Source of the DNA: Bacilli bacterium
Lineage (GTDB): Bacteria; Bacillota_I; Bacilli_A; ML615J-28; CAG-313
Length of the DNA: 35,011 nt
NCBI GenBank assembly: GCA_045653225.1
Contig: JAZOLP010000183.1
Coordinates: forward strand, 1-35,011
Direction of reading: 5' to 3'
A program made the translations under genes and the position numbers. The notes below the pieces were generated by a model that saw only the letters and a list, made by a program, of their open reading frames with translations, did no database searches and had not been told where the DNA came from. Below are positions 1-9,921 of this stretch, piece by piece; positions within the stretch are counted from its first letter, which is position 1, and every line of letters begins with the position of its first letter.

Positions 1-20
1 GTTTAAAAACAAGAAGTAGA

Positions 21-49
21 TTGACTTTTATAATTTTAAATATTATACT
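21..49 (+). promoter_or_regulatory. sigmaA-type promoter of degV
   Basis: TTGACT (21-26), 17-bp spacer, TATACT (44-49); AAGGAG RBS before ATG at 80. Confidence 0.7.
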
Positions 50-79
50 TTAACTATAGTTTTAAAAAGGAGAAATAAT

Positions 80-967
80 ATGAAAATTGAAGATTTAAAG
101 TTTATAATTAGCACAGATTCTGGATGTGATTTATCGATGGAACAATGCCGAAAAGTAGGTGTTATCCCTCTTTGTATGAATTATACTGATGAAGAAAATT
201 CATACGTAGATACAATGGAACAAAAAGACATTGTAAATTTATATAAAAAAATGGAATTAGAAGAAAAGGTTTATAAAACATCAGCGGTTAATATAAAAGA
301 AGCATATGATTTTTTAGAATATTTAATTTCATTTGATAAACCTATAATTCATATTAGTTTAGGTAGTGGCATCTCAGGTACTTTTAACAATTTTGTAACT
401 GCTAAAACTATGATTGAAGAAAAATATCCTAATGCTTTAATATATTTAATTGATTCAACAAGCGCATCTTTAGGTTATGGAATGCTTATTCTAGAAGCTT
501 GCAAATTAAGAGATTTAGATAAATCAATCACAGAAGTTGTTGAATACATAGAAAGTGTAAAAAGAGGGGTAAATCCTTATTTTACAACAAATACTTTAAC
601 TTATCTTGCAAGAGGTGGAAGAGTAACTAAAATAGCATCTATATTTGGAAATGTTTTAAGTATTAAACCAATTTTAAGATTAGATTATGATGGTCATTTA
701 TTAGTTCATACTAAAGGACATGGAAAAATAAAAACATATAAAAAAATGATTGAATGTATTAAAGAACAAGTTATTGATCCTAAAAATCAAACACTTTATG
801 TTTCTCATTCTAACGCTATAGAATCAGCGGTTGAATTTGCTGAAATGTTAAAAGAAGAATTAGGTTTTAAAGATATTTATTATTCTTACATAGGTTCAAT
901 AATTGGATCTCATACTGGACCTGGTTTAATTGCAGTATTTTTCCATGGTAAAAATCGATTTGAATAA
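80..967 (+). CDS. DegV/FakB-family fatty-acid-binding protein
   Basis: N-terminal STDSGCDL, TS motif, SGISGTF, IDS-S-SLG-G, YLARGGR, IKPIL and C-terminal IGSHTGPG motifs typical of DegV. Confidence 0.93.
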   Translation: MKIEDLKFIISTDSGCDLSMEQCRKVGVIPLCMNYTDEENSYVDTMEQKDIVNLYKKMELEEKVYKTSAVNIKEAYDFLEYLISFDKPIIHISLGSGISGTFNNFVTAKTMIEEKYPNALIYLIDSTSASLGYGMLILEACKLRDLDKSITEVVEYIESVKRGVNPYFTTNTLTYLARGGRVTKIASIFGNVLSIKPILRLDYDGHLLVHTKGHGKIKTYKKMIECIKEQVIDPKNQTLYVSHSNAIESAVEFAEMLKEELGFKDIYYSYIGSIIGSHTGPGLIAVFFHGKNRFE

Positions 968-973
968 AAAAAT

Positions 974-999
974 GAGTTTCACTTTTTTTAGTGAAACTC
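974..999. terminator. bidirectional intrinsic terminator between convergent degV and XRE genes
   Basis: GAGTTTCACT/AGTGAAACTC 10-bp inverted repeat, A-run upstream and T-rich run downstream. Confidence 0.8.
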
Positions 1000-1617
1000 T
1001 TATTTTATTTTTGACTTTTTTTGATAAGCCATCATAATAAACCATAATATTACTAATATTTGGAATACAGCTGCCATAACATAAATTAATGCGTTATTTT
1101 TTAAATTGTTTAAATGAAGAATAATTTGTACACTTAAAACTAGACCCCAAACTATTCCTGAAACACAAATGCATCTAAATGTATTTTTATACCATAATGC
1201 AGCAAAAACCGTCAAAACAATAAAAAACACTGGTATTGCGATTATAAATGTTAACCAATTCGCATATGATGAAGTTGATGGAATAAGCATTAATGTAACA
1301 AATACTACAGTTGCGATAAACCATACTAGAATACTAGATAGTAATGTAACAAATAAATGATTTGCTGATTTGTTAGATTTTGGGTTAATCTGTATTTCTT
1401 TTTCATAAACCAATTCATTAATTGTTATTCCATATAATTCAGCAATTTTCTCTAAAGTGTATAAATCAGGTAAACTTTCTCCCCTTTCCCATTTTGAAAT
1501 TGCTTTATCAGAATAGCATAGTTTTTCAGCTAAATCAAGTTGTGTTAAATTGTTGATTTTTCTGTAGTTAATTAAATTTTTAGCTACAGTTTCTTTAAAT
1601 TGTTGTTCATTATTCAT
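1000..1617 (-). CDS. XRE/Cro-family HTH regulator with C-terminal transmembrane helices (probable start ATG at 1617, 205 aa)
   Basis: LTQLDLAEKLCYSDKAISKWERGESLPD HTH followed by about four hydrophobic segments; the ORF-track extension to 1698 runs through promoter DNA. Confidence 0.88.
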   Translation of the reverse strand: MNNEQQFKETVAKNLINYRKINNLTQLDLAEKLCYSDKAISKWERGESLPDLYTLEKIAELYGITINELVYEKEIQINPKSNKSANHLFVTLLSSILVWFIATVVFVTLMLIPSTSSYANWLTFIIAIPVFFIVLTVFAALWYKNTFRCICVSGIVWGLVLSVQIILHLNNLKNNALIYVMAAVFQILVILWFIMMAYQKKSKIK

Positions 1618-1623
1618 GCAACT

Positions 1624-1652
1624 ATTATACAAAAATATTGTAAAAAAAACAA
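1624..1652 (-). promoter_or_regulatory. promoter of the XRE gene, probably leaderless
   Basis: minus strand reads TTGTTT-17 bp-TATAAT-6 nt-ATG; no Shine-Dalgarno sequence. Confidence 0.55.
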
Positions 1653-1704
1653 ATTTAATGATATAAAAAATAATTGCTAATATAACTTTATATGCCATAA
1701 AATA

Positions 1705-1737
1705 TGGTATAATATAATAAATTAGTTTTAAAACTAA
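1705..1737 (+). promoter_or_regulatory. extended -10 promoter and palindromic operator of the marR-ABC operon
   Basis: TGGTATAAT (1705-1713), then perfect 16-bp palindrome TTAGTTTTAAAACTAA (1722-1737) just downstream of the inferred start site. Confidence 0.7.
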
Positions 1738-1757
1738 CTATTTTAAAGGAGAAGTAT

Positions 1758-2204
1758 ATGACAAAAGAACATATGCCTTATGGTGCGATAATTAACCATA
1801 TGAATAAGACTTTTAAATGTGCTTTTAAATCTGAGGCAGCTAAACATAACATTAATGCTACTTATGCAAATATTGTTATGACTCTAGCAAGAAACCCATT
1901 AGGTTTACCTCAAAATGATATAGCTGAAATAAATCATTTATCTGCTCCAACTGTAAGCTTAACTTTAAAACAAATGGAAGCATTAGGCTATATTACTAGA
2001 AAGGCAAGTGAAGAAGATAATAGAAAAACAATAGTATTATTAACTGATCTTGGATTTGAACTTGATGAAAAGATTAAAAAGTGTTTTCAAAATGTTGAAT
2101 CTAAATTAATTAAAAATATAAAAGCTGAAGATTTAATTCATTTTGAAAAAGTTTTAGAAATGATGAAAGAAAATTTACTAGAAGAAAAGGAGACAATTAA
2201 ATAA
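1758..2204 (+). CDS. MarR-family transcriptional regulator
   Basis: 148 aa; QNDIA..LSAPTVS..LKQMEALGYITR...DNRK winged-helix signature; stop overlaps next start (TAATG). Confidence 0.92.
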   Translation: MTKEHMPYGAIINHMNKTFKCAFKSEAAKHNINATYANIVMTLARNPLGLPQNDIAEINHLSAPTVSLTLKQMEALGYITRKASEEDNRKTIVLLTDLGFELDEKIKKCFQNVESKLIKNIKAEDLIHFEKVLEMMKENLLEEKETIK

Positions 2205-3952
2205 TGTTTAAACTTTTACGTTATTTGAAAAAATATTGGTGGGCTGCATTACTTGCTCCAATATTTATGATAGTTGAAGTTTGCATGGATATGATGCTTA
2301 CGGGTCAAATGCAACAAATGGTTGATTTTGGTATTCCATCAAAAGATTTAGATAAGATTATCTCTATAGGTCTTGTAATGATTGCTATTGTATTCATTGG
2401 TGTTGTTGGTGGTATTTTAAGTGGTGTATTCGCAAATATTGCTAGCTGTAAATTTGCCAATGATTTAAGACAAGATGTATTTAATAAAATTATGCATTTA
2501 TCTTATGATCAAACAGATGATTTTTCTACAGGATCATTAGTAACTAGAGTTACTAATGATATAACTCAAATGCAAAACTTTGTTGCACAAATGATTAGAA
2601 TGTTTGTTAGATCTTTTGGGATGTTTGTATTAGGAATTATTTTTACATTAACAATTAATGTTAAGTTTGCTATTGTTTTAGCAATTGCTCTTCCACTTGA
2701 AATTATTGTTATGTTATTCTTTATGAAAAAAGCATTCCCAACATTCTCTATTATTCAAACTAAATTAGATAAAGTTAACACTGTTGTTCATGAAAATGTA
2801 TCAGGAGCAAGAGTTGTTAAAGCTTTCTCAAAAGAAGATTATGAAGATGAAAGATTTAAACGTGTTAATGGTGATTTATCAGATACTTTATTATATGTAA
2901 ATAAATTGTTATCATTATTAATGCCTTTATTTATGATTATCGTTTATTTAGCTCAAGTTGCTATTTATTCAATAGGTGGTAAATCTATTTTAGGTGGATT
3001 TGAAAATGGTAATGAACCAGAAATTTTATTAGGTCAAACTTCTCAAGCAATTACATATATTGTTATGATTTGTTTTGCTTTGATGCAATTTGGTATGATC
3101 TTTGCTAACGTTGCTCGTGCCCAAGCTTCAGCAAAACGAATTAATGAAGTTTTAGATTGTGAATTAGAAATTGTTGATGGCAATCTTGATTTAAATACTT
3201 TAACTGAAGTAGGTACTGTAGAATTTAAAAATGTTTCTTTCAGATATCCTAATGCAAATGGTAATGTTATTGAAAATATTAATTTTAAAGTTAATAAAGG
3301 TGAAACTATTGCTATTGTAGGTGCAACAGGTAGTGGTAAAACAACACTAGTTAATTTAATTACTAGATTCTATGATGTAACTATTGGTGAAGTTCTTGTT
3401 GACGGTGTAAATGTTAAAGAGTATCGCCAAGTTGATTTAAGAAATAAAATTGCTATTGCTCTTCAAAAATCAGAATTATTTGCTGGTACTATTGCTGAAA
3501 ATATTTCATGGGGTAATCCAGATGCAACAATTGATGAAATAAAGCTTGCTGCTGATATTGCTCAAGCAAGTGAATTTATTTTAAGCAAAGAATTAGGGTT
3601 TGATGAATATGTTGAAGAAAAAGGTACATCATTATCAGGTGGTCAAAAACAAAGATTATCAATTGCTCGTGCAATAGTAAAACAACCAGAAATATTAATT
3701 TTTGATGATGCTTCAAGTGCACTAGATTTAGTAACAGAAGCTAATTTATATAAAGCTATGAGAAAACATATTAATGATACAACTAGAATTGTTGTAGCAC
3801 AACGTGTTGCAACAGCTAAAAATGCTGATAAGATTATCGTTTTAGATGGTGGTTATATTGTTGATTTTGATACACATGAAAACTTACTTAAGAATTGTGC
3901 AATTTATCAAGATATTTATAATTCACAATTAAAGAGAGAAGGTGACGAATAA
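2204..3952 (+). CDS. heterodimeric type IV ABC exporter, subunit with degenerate Walker B and switch (TM287/EfrC-like)
   Basis: TMD+NBD; GATGSGKT, LSGGQKQR, Walker B IFDD (D replaces the catalytic E), switch VAQR (Q replaces H). Confidence 0.92.
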   Translation: MFKLLRYLKKYWWAALLAPIFMIVEVCMDMMLTGQMQQMVDFGIPSKDLDKIISIGLVMIAIVFIGVVGGILSGVFANIASCKFANDLRQDVFNKIMHLSYDQTDDFSTGSLVTRVTNDITQMQNFVAQMIRMFVRSFGMFVLGIIFTLTINVKFAIVLAIALPLEIIVMLFFMKKAFPTFSIIQTKLDKVNTVVHENVSGARVVKAFSKEDYEDERFKRVNGDLSDTLLYVNKLLSLLMPLFMIIVYLAQVAIYSIGGKSILGGFENGNEPEILLGQTSQAITYIVMICFALMQFGMIFANVARAQASAKRINEVLDCELEIVDGNLDLNTLTEVGTVEFKNVSFRYPNANGNVIENINFKVNKGETIAIVGATGSGKTTLVNLITRFYDVTIGEVLVDGVNVKEYRQVDLRNKIAIALQKSELFAGTIAENISWGNPDATIDEIKLAADIAQASEFILSKELGFDEYVEEKGTSLSGGQKQRLSIARAIVKQPEILIFDDASSALDLVTEANLYKAMRKHINDTTRIVVAQRVATAKNADKIIVLDGGYIVDFDTHENLLKNCAIYQDIYNSQLKREGDE

Positions 3953-5847
3953 TGGCTAGAAAACTTGATGAAAAACGCCTTCGTGAATTACAAATTAAAC
4001 AAGGTAATGGTAGAGGACCTGGTAGTAGATTTGGCGGTTTAAAAGAAAAACCAAAAAATTTAAAAGGTATTGTTAAGAAACTTCTAAAGTACATTTCATT
4101 CTCTAAAAAATTACTAATTTCGTTAATTTTAATTGTTTTTTGTAGTACTGCTTGTACACTTTCTACGAATTTATTTATTCAAAAAATTATTGAATCTTTA
4201 GGTGAATACAATTCAGAATTAAATGTATGGACTAAATTCCCTAATAAAGAACAATTCCTTTTCTGTTTGGGTGGTCTTGCTATAATTTATTTCTTAAGTT
4301 GTTTATTCCAATTCTTATCTAATTTATGTGGTGCATATTTATCAATTGGTATGACAAGAAAGTTAAGAAATGATTTGTTTGCACGTATTGTAAAATTACC
4401 TATTAAATATACAGATACTCACCCTCATGGCGATATAATGTCAAGAATGACTAATGACATTGATAATATTTCTACTTCTGTTTCTCAATCAATTACATCA
4501 TTAGTGTCTGGTATTTTAACAATTGCTGGATGTCTATGTATTATGATTTATTTCTCTCCACTTCTTACATTAGTTGCATTGACAACATTAGTGCTTTCAA
4601 TTACCTTTACTGCATTAATGTCTAAATTTATGGGACCATTATTTAAGAAACAATCTAAAATCTTAGGTTTATTAAATGCACAAACAGAAGAAATGGTAAC
4701 TGGTTGTAAAACCGTTATTGCTTATAATCATCAAGAAATCGCAAAAGAAGAATTTAATGATTATTCTAATGAACTATGCCATACAGCTATTAATGCGCAA
4801 ATTTGGGGTGGTTCAATGGGGCCAATTATGAATTTCGTAGGTAACTTTGGTTATTTCTTAATATGTATTTTTGGTGCATTATTTGTAAGTATTGGAATAG
4901 GTAATGGATTATTTGGACAAGCCTTAAGCATTTCTGTTGTTATTTCATTCCTTACATTAAATAAACAATTCACAAGACCTATTAATGAAATATCTCATGT
5001 ATACTCTTCAATTCTTACTGCGATGGCAGGTGCTGAAAGAGTATTTGATATGATGGAAGAAGAAGTTGAAGACTTTAATGGTACTGTTGAATTTGATCCA
5101 TATAAAACAACAGGATATATTGATTTCCAACATGTAGGATTCGCTTATGTTCCTGGTAAACCTGTTTTAAAAGATTTTAATGTTGATGTTTATAGTGGTC
5201 ATAAGATTGCATTAGTAGGTGCAACAGGTAGTGGTAAAACTACTATTGTTAATTTATTATTAAGATTCTATGATATCGATTCTGGTAAAATCTTAATTGA
5301 CGGTAAAGATATTAATCAAATGTCTAAAAAAGATTTAAGAGATTGTATTTCTATCGTATTACAAGATGCAGTATTATTTGGAGATACGGTTGAAAACAAT
5401 GTAAAATATGGAAAAGAAGATGCGACAGAAGAAGAATTTGTTGAAGCATTAAAGATGGCTAATTGTTATAATTTTGTTCAAAGATTACCTCAGAAAGAAA
5501 AAACAATTCTATCAGAAGGAGCGACAAATATTTCTCAAGGTCAAAGACAATTATTAACTATTGCTCGTGCAATTTTAGCTAATCCTAAAATTTTAATTCT
5601 GGATGAAGCAACTTCATCTGTTGATACAAGAACTGAAAAGAAAATTCAAGATGCTTTAGTTAAATTAATGAAAAATAGAACATCAATCATTATTGCTCAT
5701 AGACTTTCAACTATTCAAGATGCTGATTTAATCGTGGTACTTGATCAAGGTGTTGTTGTTGAAATGGGTAGTCATGAGGATCTTCTTAAACATCAAGGCG
5801 TTTATAATAAATTATATCAAACTCAATTTGCAGGTCTTGATACATAA
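3952..5847 (+). CDS. heterodimeric type IV ABC exporter, partner subunit (TM288/EfrD-like)
   Basis: TMD+NBD; GATGSGKT, degenerate signature ISQGQRQ, canonical LILDEAT and IAHR. Confidence 0.92.
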   Translation: MARKLDEKRLRELQIKQGNGRGPGSRFGGLKEKPKNLKGIVKKLLKYISFSKKLLISLILIVFCSTACTLSTNLFIQKIIESLGEYNSELNVWTKFPNKEQFLFCLGGLAIIYFLSCLFQFLSNLCGAYLSIGMTRKLRNDLFARIVKLPIKYTDTHPHGDIMSRMTNDIDNISTSVSQSITSLVSGILTIAGCLCIMIYFSPLLTLVALTTLVLSITFTALMSKFMGPLFKKQSKILGLLNAQTEEMVTGCKTVIAYNHQEIAKEEFNDYSNELCHTAINAQIWGGSMGPIMNFVGNFGYFLICIFGALFVSIGIGNGLFGQALSISVVISFLTLNKQFTRPINEISHVYSSILTAMAGAERVFDMMEEEVEDFNGTVEFDPYKTTGYIDFQHVGFAYVPGKPVLKDFNVDVYSGHKIALVGATGSGKTTIVNLLLRFYDIDSGKILIDGKDINQMSKKDLRDCISIVLQDAVLFGDTVENNVKYGKEDATEEEFVEALKMANCYNFVQRLPQKEKTILSEGATNISQGQRQLLTIARAILANPKILILDEATSSVDTRTEKKIQDALVKLMKNRTSIIIAHRLSTIQDADLIVVLDQGVVVEMGSHEDLLKHQGVYNKLYQTQFAGLDT

Positions 5848-5854
5848 AAATAAG

Positions 5855-5890
5855 AGTAGACACTTTAAAATAAAGTGTCTACTTATTTTT
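5855..5890 (+). terminator. intrinsic terminator
   Basis: AGTAGACACTTTA/TAAAGTGTCTACT 13-bp stem followed by a T-rich tract. Confidence 0.85.
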
Positions 5891-5965
5891 ATTTTATTAT
5901 TAAATAAATGTTAACTTTTCATTAAATTTGGTATAATACAAATGATTATATTGGAGAAAATATAT

Positions 5966-6541
5966 ATGAGTGACATTACTAAGATGAAAGTGAAATTAAA
6001 TAATAAATTAATAGATTTAATTAAATTAAAATTTTATTCATTTGATGTAGAAACCACTGGGCTAAATCCAACAAATGATCGTATAATTGAAATTGGATGT
6101 TGTGAATTTATTAATTTAAAACCAGTAAGACAATTTTCAACTTTAATTAATGCTCATAAATATATACCACCATATGTTTCTAAAGTAAATAATATAACTA
6201 ATGAAATGATAGAGTGTGCTCCAGAAGAAGATATAGTATATTACTATTTCAAAGAATTCATAAAAGATGTTTTGGAAGGTAATGCTGTTATTTGTGCTCA
6301 TAACGCAAATTTTGATATGAATTTTTTATCAAATACATTTAACAGATTACAAATTTCAGGTAAATTATATTACATTGACACTTTAGATATTTCTAAACGT
6401 GTGCTTAGTCTTACTAATTATAAGCAAATTACAGTTGCTGATCATTTGAATATTCCAGTAACAAATGCTCATAGAGCAGGAGATGATGCTTTAGTATGTG
6501 GTAAAATCTTATCAAAGTTAGTCGAAAAAATGACAAAATAA
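5966..6541 (+). CDS. stand-alone DEDDh 3'-5' exonuclease (DnaQ/PolC-exo-like)
   Basis: ExoI FDVETTG, ExoII AHNANFD, ExoIII HRAGDDA; GGAG RBS favours ATG 5966 over 5942; TGGTATAAT upstream. Confidence 0.9.
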   Translation: MSDITKMKVKLNNKLIDLIKLKFYSFDVETTGLNPTNDRIIEIGCCEFINLKPVRQFSTLINAHKYIPPYVSKVNNITNEMIECAPEEDIVYYYFKEFIKDVLEGNAVICAHNANFDMNFLSNTFNRLQISGKLYYIDTLDISKRVLSLTNYKQITVADHLNIPVTNAHRAGDDALVCGKILSKLVEKMTK

Positions 6542-6630
6542 TGATATAAAGTCTTAAAATAGATAAAATTACTTTATTTTTTATTTAAAATCGTGTATAA
6601 TATATATATAGAAAGATTTAAGGTATAAAT

Positions 6631-7902
6631 ATGAAAAAACAAAAAGAATTTGAAGTACACAAAAAGATAAATGGTCCAAAATGGTTTTTAAGACCAGTTG
6701 AAATTGTTGGAGCATGGATTTTCGCAGGGCCTTTTGGAACTCGCACTAAGATCAAAAAAGTTAATTGTGAAGGGTTAGAAGGACCGTATATTCTTTTATC
6801 AAATCATGCTAGTTTTGTTGACTTCGCAAACGTAATTAAATCAGGATATACTCAAAAATATTGTTGGGTTACTTCTATTGAAGAATTTAACGGTAGAGAA
6901 TGGTTATTAAGAAGTGTTGGGTGTATTCCTAAAAGAAAGTTTACAAAAGATACAATCTTAATTAGAAACTGTTATAATGCTTTACACAAATTAAAATGTA
7001 ATGTTGTAATTTATCCTGAAGCAAGATTTGCACTTGCTGGCGTTAATGAAGATATTGGTAAAGCTTTAGGAAAATTTGCAAAATTATGTAAAGTTCCTGT
7101 TGTTGTAATGAATCAAAAAGGTACATTCCTACGTTCACCACAATGGAACAAACATCCTTATCGTAAAATCCAATGTGAACTTGATTATATTCAAGTTGTT
7201 AACAAAGAAGAAGTATTAACTTTATCAGCCGATGAAATTCAAGAAAGAATTGAAGATGCTTTCATTTGGGATGATTATAAATGGCAATACGATAATCAAA
7301 TTAAAATTACTGATAAAGATCGTGCAACAAACATTCATAAGATTCTATATAAATGTCCTTGTTGTAATGCTGAACAAGAAACAATAAGCTATGATCATTT
7401 TGTAGAATGTACAGCTTGTGGTGCTAAATGGGATATGGATGAGTATTCAAGAATGAATCTTACGAATACAGATAAGTCATGGGATAATTCATTAGCACAC
7501 GTTCCAAGTTGGTATCGTTGGCAAAGATCATTAGTTGATGAAGATGTAAAAAATGGAACTTATGTATTTGAAGATAAAATAAGAATTGAAAGATTAGTGA
7601 ATTCACGTAAAGGGTTTGTTCGTATTGGGGAAGGAACAATGCGTCAAGATGAAACTGGTATTTTAATTAAAGGTATCTTAGATGATGGAAGTGACTTTGA
7701 AGTATTTAAACCTGCTAATACAACTGCTTCATTACATATTGAATATGATTATAAAAAACGTGGTGATGCAATTGATATTGCTACAAGCGATAATACTTAC
7801 TTCGTTTATCCATTAACTAATAAAAATGTATTAACTAAGTTACATTTTGCAACAGAAGCTATTTATAAAAAGGCTACTGAAAAACCTGAAGAAGAAAATT
7901 AG
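6631..7902 (+). CDS. lysophospholipid/glycerolipid acyltransferase-family protein with C-terminal Cys4 zinc-ribbon extension
   Basis: NHASFVD (HX4D), YPEAR block, VPVV; later CPCC...CTAC. Confidence 0.8.
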   Translation: MKKQKEFEVHKKINGPKWFLRPVEIVGAWIFAGPFGTRTKIKKVNCEGLEGPYILLSNHASFVDFANVIKSGYTQKYCWVTSIEEFNGREWLLRSVGCIPKRKFTKDTILIRNCYNALHKLKCNVVIYPEARFALAGVNEDIGKALGKFAKLCKVPVVVMNQKGTFLRSPQWNKHPYRKIQCELDYIQVVNKEEVLTLSADEIQERIEDAFIWDDYKWQYDNQIKITDKDRATNIHKILYKCPCCNAEQETISYDHFVECTACGAKWDMDEYSRMNLTNTDKSWDNSLAHVPSWYRWQRSLVDEDVKNGTYVFEDKIRIERLVNSRKGFVRIGEGTMRQDETGILIKGILDDGSDFEVFKPANTTASLHIEYDYKKRGDAIDIATSDNTYFVYPLTNKNVLTKLHFATEAIYKKATEKPEEEN

Positions 7903-7931
7903 CTTTAGTAGAAATACTAAAGCTTTTATTT
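7901..7931 (+). terminator. intrinsic terminator
   Basis: AGCTTTAGTA-GAAA-TACTAAAGCT perfect stem with GNRA loop, then TTTATTT. Confidence 0.8.
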
Positions 7932-7957
7932 AATTATATATAATAAGGAAAGAGATT

Positions 7958-8683
7958 ATGAAAGACTTTAGTATTAAAATAAATCAAATAATAAATGATA
8001 TTACTGAAAAAGAAGTTAATAATATAAAAGAAGCTGCAAAGATAATTTTTAATGTAATGAATGAAAATAAAGTTGTTCATGTTTTTGCGACTGGACATTC
8101 ACATATGTTTGCTGAAGAATTATTTTATCGTGCTGGTGGTTTAGTTCAAGTAAATCCAATCTTAGAACCATTTTTGATGCAACATGAGGGTTCGATTAGA
8201 AGTACAAAATTTGAACGATTAACAGGAATAGCAGAAATTATATTTGAAAGTTTAGATTTACAAGATGGTGAACCATTTATTATTGTTTCAAATTCTGGTA
8301 TTAATAGTGTTCCAGTAGAAATGGCAACTATTGCAAAAGAAAAAGGTCATCCAGTTATTTGTATAACAAGCATGACTCAAAGTACTGCATCTAAACCAAG
8401 AAATAAATATGAAAAACATTTATATGAAGTATCAGATATAGTAATAGACAATCATACTCCATATGGAGATGGTGTTATCGCAAAAGAATATGGAAAAATT
8501 GGAGCATCTTCATCTATTGCTTGTTCATTTATTGCTCAAAGTATAGTAATTGAAATTGTTAATTTATATGAGGAAAAAGGAATTGTTCCTCCAATTTATA
8601 TTAGTGCAAATACTCCGGGTGGGGATGAACATAATAAAGATTTATATGAAAAATATAAATCAAGAATTAAAAGTTTAAATTAG
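7958..8683 (+). CDS. SIS-domain (sugar isomerase-like, UPF0309-type) protein
   Basis: FATGHSH..AEE.FYRAGGL, VSNSGIN, IDNH.PYGD, SANTPGG motifs. Confidence 0.88.
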   Translation: MKDFSIKINQIINDITEKEVNNIKEAAKIIFNVMNENKVVHVFATGHSHMFAEELFYRAGGLVQVNPILEPFLMQHEGSIRSTKFERLTGIAEIIFESLDLQDGEPFIIVSNSGINSVPVEMATIAKEKGHPVICITSMTQSTASKPRNKYEKHLYEVSDIVIDNHTPYGDGVIAKEYGKIGASSSIACSFIAQSIVIEIVNLYEEKGIVPPIYISANTPGGDEHNKDLYEKYKSRIKSLN

Positions 8684-8694
8684 GAGATGATTAT

Positions 8695-9921
8695 ATGACT
8701 AAAAAAATATTAAAAAAATACGCTGAATTAGTTGCACGCGTAGGTGCAAACGTTCAACAAAATCAAGATGTTATTATTAATGCTAGTGTTGATCAAGTAG
8801 AGTTTGTTTCACTAGTGGTAGAAGAATGTTATAAATTAGGAGCAAAAAGTGTTACAGTTGATTGGAATACACCTGCACCAATTTTAAAGACTATTGTTAA
8901 ATATGAATCAGTTGATACTTTAGCAGAAGTTCCTACATGGAAAATTGAAAAAATTAAACACTATGTAAATACAATTCCTGCACGTATACATATTATGAGT
9001 AGTGCTCCAGATGAAATGAAAGGTCTTGATCAAACTAAACTTGCTCAATCAAGAATGAAATCATACCCTATTTTAAAACCATATCAAGATGAATTAAATA
9101 ATAAATATCAATGGACTATTGTAGCTGTTCCAAGTGAAAAATGGGCTAAACTAATTTTCCCTAACCTTCCAAAAAAAGCAGCCATTGATTCGTTATGGGA
9201 AGCTATTCTTACAACAGCAAGAGTAACAGAAAATCCTATTGAATCATGGAATAAACATAATGAAAACTTACTAAAAAAATGTGATTATTTAAATAGTTTA
9301 AATATTGATTATCTACATTATCAATCTGCTAATGGTACTGATTTTAAAGTATCATTAATGAAAGAATCTAAATGGTGTGGTGGTGGTGAAACTACTTTGA
9401 GTGGAATTTATTTTAATCCAAATATGCCAACTGAAGAATGTTTTACATCTCCTAAAAAAGGATTTGCTGAAGGGAAGGTTGTTTCAACTAAACCACTTTC
9501 TTATAATGGTGAATTAATAGAAGATTTCTATTTCATTTTTAAAGATGGTAAAGTTGTTGATTGTCATGCTGAAAAAGGTGAAGAATTATTAAAGCAAATG
9601 ATTTCGATGGATGAAGGTGCTGCTTATTTAGGAGAATGTGCGTTAGTTCCATTTGAATCTCCAGTTAATCAAACAGGCATTTTATTCTATAATACTTTAT
9701 TTGATGAAAATGCTGTATGTCATTTTGCAATCGGAAGAGGATTCACAGATTGTATAAAAGACTTTGAAAAATATTCCTTTGATCAAATGAAAGAGATGGG
9801 ATTAAACGAATCTATGATTCATGTTGATTTCATGATTGGTTCAAGAGATTTATCTATTGATGCGTATACTATAGATGGTAAAAAAGTATCTATCTTTAAA
9901 GATGGGACTTGGAATATTTAA
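8695..9921 (+). CDS. M29 aminopeptidase (AmpS/PepS/AmpT family)
   Basis: NMPTEECFTSP, LGECALVP, LFDENA.CH.A.G, SMIHVDFMIG metal-ligand motifs. Confidence 0.93.
   Translation: MTKKILKKYAELVARVGANVQQNQDVIINASVDQVEFVSLVVEECYKLGAKSVTVDWNTPAPILKTIVKYESVDTLAEVPTWKIEKIKHYVNTIPARIHIMSSAPDEMKGLDQTKLAQSRMKSYPILKPYQDELNNKYQWTIVAVPSEKWAKLIFPNLPKKAAIDSLWEAILTTARVTENPIESWNKHNENLLKKCDYLNSLNIDYLHYQSANGTDFKVSLMKESKWCGGGETTLSGIYFNPNMPTEECFTSPKKGFAEGKVVSTKPLSYNGELIEDFYFIFKDGKVVDCHAEKGEELLKQMISMDEGAAYLGECALVPFESPVNQTGILFYNTLFDENAVCHFAIGRGFTDCIKDFEKYSFDQMKEMGLNESMIHVDFMIGSRDLSIDAYTIDGKKVSIFKDGTWNI

Noticed and set aside
1169-1360. 63-aa + strand ORF inside the XRE gene
   Set aside because: Antisense shadow of a hydrophobic coding region; no RBS or motif
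3952-4070. Basic, Gly-rich N-terminal extension (GNGRGPGSRFGG) on the second ABC subunit
   Set aside because: Common in this exporter subfamily
3888-4094. Minus-strand short ORF, and likewise those at 17098, 18970, 22515, 24253, 25831, 26814, 26996, 29881, 30784 and 31684
   Set aside because: All lie antisense to well-supported genes and show no RBS or recognisable motif
3317-5240. Identical 26-nt sequence at 3317-3342 and 5215-5240; also a 25-nt identity between 3631-3655 and 21983-22007
   Set aside because: They encode conserved Walker A and ABC signature peptides under strong codon bias; they are not repeats or mobile-element ends
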